From assembly GCA_044237185.1 (NCBI GenBank), contig JBIIFS010000001.1:1-50961 (forward strand): a DNA stretch of 50,961 nt, read 5' to 3'. The position numbers and the translations under genes were made by a program. Shown here piece by piece: positions 47,043 to 50,961 of the stretch (position 1 is the stretch's first letter; each line of letters begins with the position of its first letter). The notes below the pieces were generated by a model, which saw nothing but the letters and a program-made list of their open reading frames with translations, did no database searches and was not told the DNA's origin. This DNA is from Luteolibacter sp. GTDB lineage: Bacteria > Verrucomicrobiota > Verrucomicrobiia > Verrucomicrobiales > Akkermansiaceae.

Positions 47043-48395
47043 ATGTGGAAAGGACGTTTTACTCAGGACACCTCAACTTTGGTTGAACAATTTGGTGAAT
47101 CGATCTCTTACGATTGGCGGTTATTTCCGCATGATATCGCTGGATCGATCGCTCACGCGCGCGCACAGCTCAATGCTGGATTGCTGAATCAGGAGGAGTT
47201 TGATTCGATCGAAAAAGGTCTTCGTGAAATCGAAGCCGATATCATCGCAGGCAACTTTGAGTTCCGGACATCGCTTGAGGATATTCACATGAATATCGAA
47301 TCCGCGCTGACCAAGAGAATCGGTGCAGCTGGCGGAAAACTTCACACCGCGAGATCACGCAACGACCAAGTAGCGACGGATACCCGTTTGTATTGCCGCA
47401 CTCAGATCGATGAAATCGCTTCCGCAGTTTCGAATCTTCAAAAAGTCCTAGTGGAACAAGCCGGCAAGTATGCAGAGGCAGTCATGCCGGGCTATACGCA
47501 TCTTCAACGCGGTCAACCCGTGACGGTGGGGCATCATCTTCTAGCGTATGTCGAAATGTTGCAACGCGACAAAGGAAGACTCAGTGACTGCAGAAGCAGG
47601 TTAAACGTTTCACCACTCGGTTCCGGTGCGTTGGCCGGATCCACCATTAATTTGGACAGGGAAGCGATCGCCGCTGAATTGGGCTTTGATGGAGTCACCC
47701 ATAACTCGATGGACGCCATCGCGGATCGCGACTACATCGCGGAGCTGCTTTTTGTGATCTCCATGTGCGGTGTTCACCTTTCCCGCCTCAGCGAGGATCT
47801 GATTCTGTGGTGCACGAGTGAGTTTGGTTTCGTTCATCTCTCGGATGCTCATACCACTGGCTCATCGCTGATGCCCCAGAAGAAGAATCCTGATGTCTGT
47901 GAAATCACACGTGGCAAGACAGGTCGCTTGGTTGGTAATTTGATGAACCTCTTGGTCGCCATGAAAGGTCTACCGATCACTTACAATCGTGACCTCCAAG
48001 AAGACAAACCACCGCTGTTCGACTCGGTGGATACGATCTTGCTCGTGCTTGCGGTGAATACCGAAATGATCGCCGCTATGGAAATGCGTGAGGATAAATG
48101 CCTCGCTGCAGCTAGTGACCCGATGCTGCTCGCTACCGATCTCGCCGATGCTTTGGTGAAATCCGGAGTGCCGTTCCGCTCTGCCCATGAATTAGTCGGC
48201 AAAGCTGTCGCTGAATCCATCAGCAGTAAAGTGCATCTGGATCAGTTAGATCTTAAGAAAATCGATCCCTCTTATAACGATGCAATGATGTCGGTTTTCT
48301 CGTTGGAAGTCGCGTTGAAAGCACGGACCAACATCGGCGCACCATCATTTGCAAACGTAAAGCGTGAGGTCGAAAGGTGGCGCTCGTGCCTTTGA
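47043..48395 (+). CDS. argH: Argininosuccinate lyase
   Basis: WKGRF, EDIH, LHTARSRNDQ, PGYTHLQ, GSSLMPQKKNPD and YNRDLQEDK. Confidence 0.97.
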   Translation: MWKGRFTQDTSTLVEQFGESISYDWRLFPHDIAGSIAHARAQLNAGLLNQEEFDSIEKGLREIEADIIAGNFEFRTSLEDIHMNIESALTKRIGAAGGKLHTARSRNDQVATDTRLYCRTQIDEIASAVSNLQKVLVEQAGKYAEAVMPGYTHLQRGQPVTVGHHLLAYVEMLQRDKGRLSDCRSRLNVSPLGSGALAGSTINLDREAIAAELGFDGVTHNSMDAIADRDYIAELLFVISMCGVHLSRLSEDLILWCTSEFGFVHLSDAHTTGSSLMPQKKNPDVCEITRGKTGRLVGNLMNLLVAMKGLPITYNRDLQEDKPPLFDSVDTILLVLAVNTEMIAAMEMREDKCLAAASDPMLLATDLADALVKSGVPFRSAHELVGKAVAESISSKVHLDQLDLKKIDPSYNDAMMSVFSLEVALKARTNIGAPSFANVKREVERWRSCL

Positions 48396-49501
48396 TTTAT
48401 CCGCCACTTGATCATGGGTTTTGGATCATTCCAGCCGTGATAATCGGTGCGTGTATTGGATCTTTTCTCAACGTGGTAATCTACCGAATTCCGCTGGGGA
48501 TGTCCGTAAAAAAGCCGAAAAGGTCATTTTGTCCGATTTGTAAAAATCAGCTCTCCGCCTGGCAGAATTTGCCGATTGTCAGTTGGTTGTTTTTACGAGG
48601 AAAGTGCGCGCATTGTTCGGCGCCGATTCCGTTTCGTTATGTCGCAGTGGAGATTCTTACAGCAGTACTGTTCGGTTGGGTTTGGTACATGTTCCCACCT
48701 CAAGCTGTTGTTTTTCTATGGGTGTTGATGGGGCTCTTAATCGCGATTACTTTCATTGACGCTGAATACCTGATCATTCCGACGAATCTAACATGGGCGG
48801 GTTCTGGAATCGGTTTGATCGCTTGTTCGGTTTATCCGTCGCTCTCCGCCATGGCTGGCTACCAGTTGACTTGGCAAGAAGGTCTGATTTCCGGTGGCAC
48901 GGGTTGGTTGTCTGGTTTTGTGGGGTTGTGGCTAGTGGTAGAGCTCGGAAAAAAAGCCTTCGGTAAACGGGCACTGAATTTCGATTCCGAAGTCGAATGG
49001 AGCTTGAAAGAACCCGAAGCTGATCATGAACCGATGAGTTTTGTGATCGATGGAGAGGCCATCGCGTGGTGGGATATCTTTGCCAGAAAGTCGGATCGGC
49101 TGATGGTTGATGCCGCGAGCTTAGTGGTCGATGATGAAGAAATCGGAGCAGGTCAGTTGATCATCCGTGAGACGGAAATCGAACTCGCCGATGGACGGCA
49201 TATCGAATTGGAAAAACTGGTTTCACTACGTGGCCGCGCGAAATCGGTTGTGATACCTCGTGAAGCGATGGGGATGGGCGACGTGCATTTGCTCGCGATG
49301 ATCGGCGCGTTTTTTGGTTGGAGTGGTGTGTTTTTCTCCCTTTTCAGCGCATCGCTGTTCGCCATTGTTGCGGCACTGATCGGCCGGATTGGCTTTGGAA
49401 AGCAATTACCCTTTGGTCCGTTTATCGCTATGGGCGCGGTTGCATGGATGTTTGGCGGCTGGCAACTCTGGAGAATGTATCTCGATTTTTTGGGATTCTA
49501 A
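48377..49501 (+). CDS. pilD: Prepilin peptidase (A24) with a soluble insertion
   Basis: GSFLNVVIYRIP, CPIC/CAHC Zn site, FIDAE, MGMGDV and LPFGPF; an insertion of about 100 aa precedes REAMG. Confidence 0.88.
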   Translation: MALVPLIYPPLDHGFWIIPAVIIGACIGSFLNVVIYRIPLGMSVKKPKRSFCPICKNQLSAWQNLPIVSWLFLRGKCAHCSAPIPFRYVAVEILTAVLFGWVWYMFPPQAVVFLWVLMGLLIAITFIDAEYLIIPTNLTWAGSGIGLIACSVYPSLSAMAGYQLTWQEGLISGGTGWLSGFVGLWLVVELGKKAFGKRALNFDSEVEWSLKEPEADHEPMSFVIDGEAIAWWDIFARKSDRLMVDAASLVVDDEEIGAGQLIIRETEIELADGRHIELEKLVSLRGRAKSVVIPREAMGMGDVHLLAMIGAFFGWSGVFFSLFSASLFAIVAALIGRIGFGKQLPFGPFIAMGAVAWMFGGWQLWRMYLDFLGF

Positions 49502-49502
49502 C

Positions 49503-50327
49503 TTAAAGTCGGTAGCAAATCGCAGCGTTATCTGCGTGAAGTGCTGAACGTTCGCTCTCGGAAAAGCCTTGGGTGAGTGAGCGGTAGGTTTCCGCCCATT
49601 CCGCATACCTCGTCCGAAGCAAGCAGACCGGCCAGTCAGTACCGAACATAACGTTTCCTGAGCCGAAGATTTCCAAGGTTTCATTGAAGTAGGCGGCAAC
49701 AGTTTCCATATCACCCTCTCCCTCCGGAAACTCGGTGAGAAGACCTGAAAATTTCACACCAATGACATTGTCGCGTTTGGCGAGCTCTTTCATTCCATCG
49801 CGCCAACCAGATTCGATACGGCCATTGCGGGCTGCGGGCTTGGCGATGTGGTTAACTATGAAAGCGAGCTCCGGCTGGCGATCGATGAGTTCGATGGTAA
49901 CTGGAAGCTGGCGTTCAAAAATTAGCAGATCATAGGAAAGACCGTAGGCGGGAAGTATCGAGAGACCCCGGTGAAAATCATCGCGAAGAAAATATTCATC
50001 GGGCTCTTCTTGAAGAACGTGTCGAACGGCTTTGAATTTGGGAAACGCGGAGAGGCGTTCAAGATCCGCAGCAACGTTCTCATCGATCAACGGAACCCAG
50101 CCGACGACACCTTGAATGCGTTCGGTTTGGTGGGCGAGTGAAAGTATAAAATCCGACTCCTCAATCATTTGTCGCGCCTGAACGACGACAGTGCCAGTGA
50201 CGCCAGCCTCTGAAGTAACTGTCTCTAGCTCCGATAAAAGTTGGTTTTGGGCGAGCGGTGAACCCTCGGGGATCCACGGATATTCCTCCTGGGAGTAGTG
50301 CCAGAGATGGTGGTGGGAATCAATCAT
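49503..50327 (-). CDS. Amidohydrolase family protein (L-fuconolactonase-like)
   Basis: IDSHHHLW, VVVQA, GVVGWV, NHIAKP, KFSGL and FGTDWPV. Confidence 0.9.
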   Translation of the reverse strand: MIDSHHHLWHYSQEEYPWIPEGSPLAQNQLLSELETVTSEAGVTGTVVVQARQMIEESDFILSLAHQTERIQGVVGWVPLIDENVAADLERLSAFPKFKAVRHVLQEEPDEYFLRDDFHRGLSILPAYGLSYDLLIFERQLPVTIELIDRQPELAFIVNHIAKPAARNGRIESGWRDGMKELAKRDNVIGVKFSGLLTEFPEGEGDMETVAAYFNETLEIFGSGNVMFGTDWPVCLLRTRYAEWAETYRSLTQGFSESERSALHADNAAICYRL

Positions 50328-50471
50328 GTTTGCAGTTGCACGGCTATCGAAGCGGAGATGGATGAACTAGGAAACTGAAAAATTTCCGTCAAATTACAAC
50401 ACGGGAAGCTTCGAATGACAGGCCAGCGGAGAGCTAACGGAAGCGAAGAATGCCCTTCGTAGTATTCTTGG

Positions 50472-50494
50472 CCTCGTAGCTTTGGCGAAGGAGG
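50472..50494. repeat. REP-like element (cctcgtagctttggcgaaggagg)
   Basis: Resembles, from my recollection, a GTAGC(C/T)TT(G/A)GCGAAGG extragenic repeat; single copy here. Confidence 0.4.
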
Positions 50495-50529
50495 GGCGGT
50501 GACCCTCTCGAATGTCCTTGTTGCCACGG

Positions 50530-50961
50530 CACGATGAAAATCAAGTGGCCCATGCTGCGACGCGAGGAGGTGGAATACTCCCACCGGAAGCGAGCCTTGG
50601 TCGGCATCCAGAAATGGCGTCTTCAAGCGTAGGCAGCAGGTCGTAAAGCCGTGTGATTGAGCCTCAAAATGCTTATTGATGGGGGCCTTCGTGTTAGGAA
50701 TAGCGGGGGCAACCAGTCTAAGCACTGCAATAGTCTGGCGTAGAGGTCCGCCCGGGGTCTGAGAACAGGGCAGAGCGACGAATAGGGTTTTCAAGAAAGC
50801 TGGGAATGGGAGCGTAGCGGACATAGACCGTTTGCCAAAAGTATTTTCCGAAACGACCGAGTCCGTAGGCCTCGGATTCTAGGCGTGAGGAAGGAGTGGA
50901 TGAACATCCACGACTGACGAACAACAACGAAACCGTGGGTTACGGGCCGGAACTCCAAAGC
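50530..50961 (+). mobile_element. Group II intron 5' region (domain I), possibly degenerate, running to the window edge
   Basis: Ordered domain-I-like motifs: ggaggtggaatactcc; agcgagccttgg..aagcgtaggcagc; aaagccgtgtgattgagcctc; gccttcgt..gcgggggc; gtccgcccggggtctgagaacagggc; gggttttcaagaaagctggga. No RT ORF or domain V in the window. Confidence 0.65.

Noticed and set aside
50324-50927. Minus-strand ORFs of 166 and 69 aa
   Set aside because: No protein features; they overlap the intron-like RNA.

Overview
A gene-dense chromosomal window, roughly 50% GC by eye. The gene set and protein style suggest Verrucomicrobiales (Luteolibacter/Akkermansiaceae-like), which is an inference. Most of it is housekeeping: the end of a Bat operon, menF/menC/menE, nadC, birA, mscL, a SWIM-SNF2 helicase, a photolyase-like gene, panD, rsmE, trpG/trpE, a CBS-pyrophosphatase, argS, hemC/cobA-hemD, folK, a Deg protease, sahR-metK-ahcY, a DEAD-box helicase, ldhA, lpxD/skp, UGPase, argH and a prepilin peptidase. 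I saw no tRNA, rRNA, CRISPR array or transposase. The most unusual signal is non-coding. A four-helix-bundle (23S-IVS-protein family) gene sits between metK and ahcY, bracketed by inverted AAGACAG heptamer arrays. About nine other gene junctions carry gene-less 7-, 9- or 10-mer arrays, some as inverted pairs and some as single arms, which suggests a dispersed cassette/scar system. Other candidates are a structured RNA before the DEAD-box helicase, a 6S-like RNA opposite the hemC start, a group II intron domain I at the right edge, DnaA-box-like repeats inside the SNF2 gene, two long perfect palindromes, a tandem SahR-like operator and several gene remnants.
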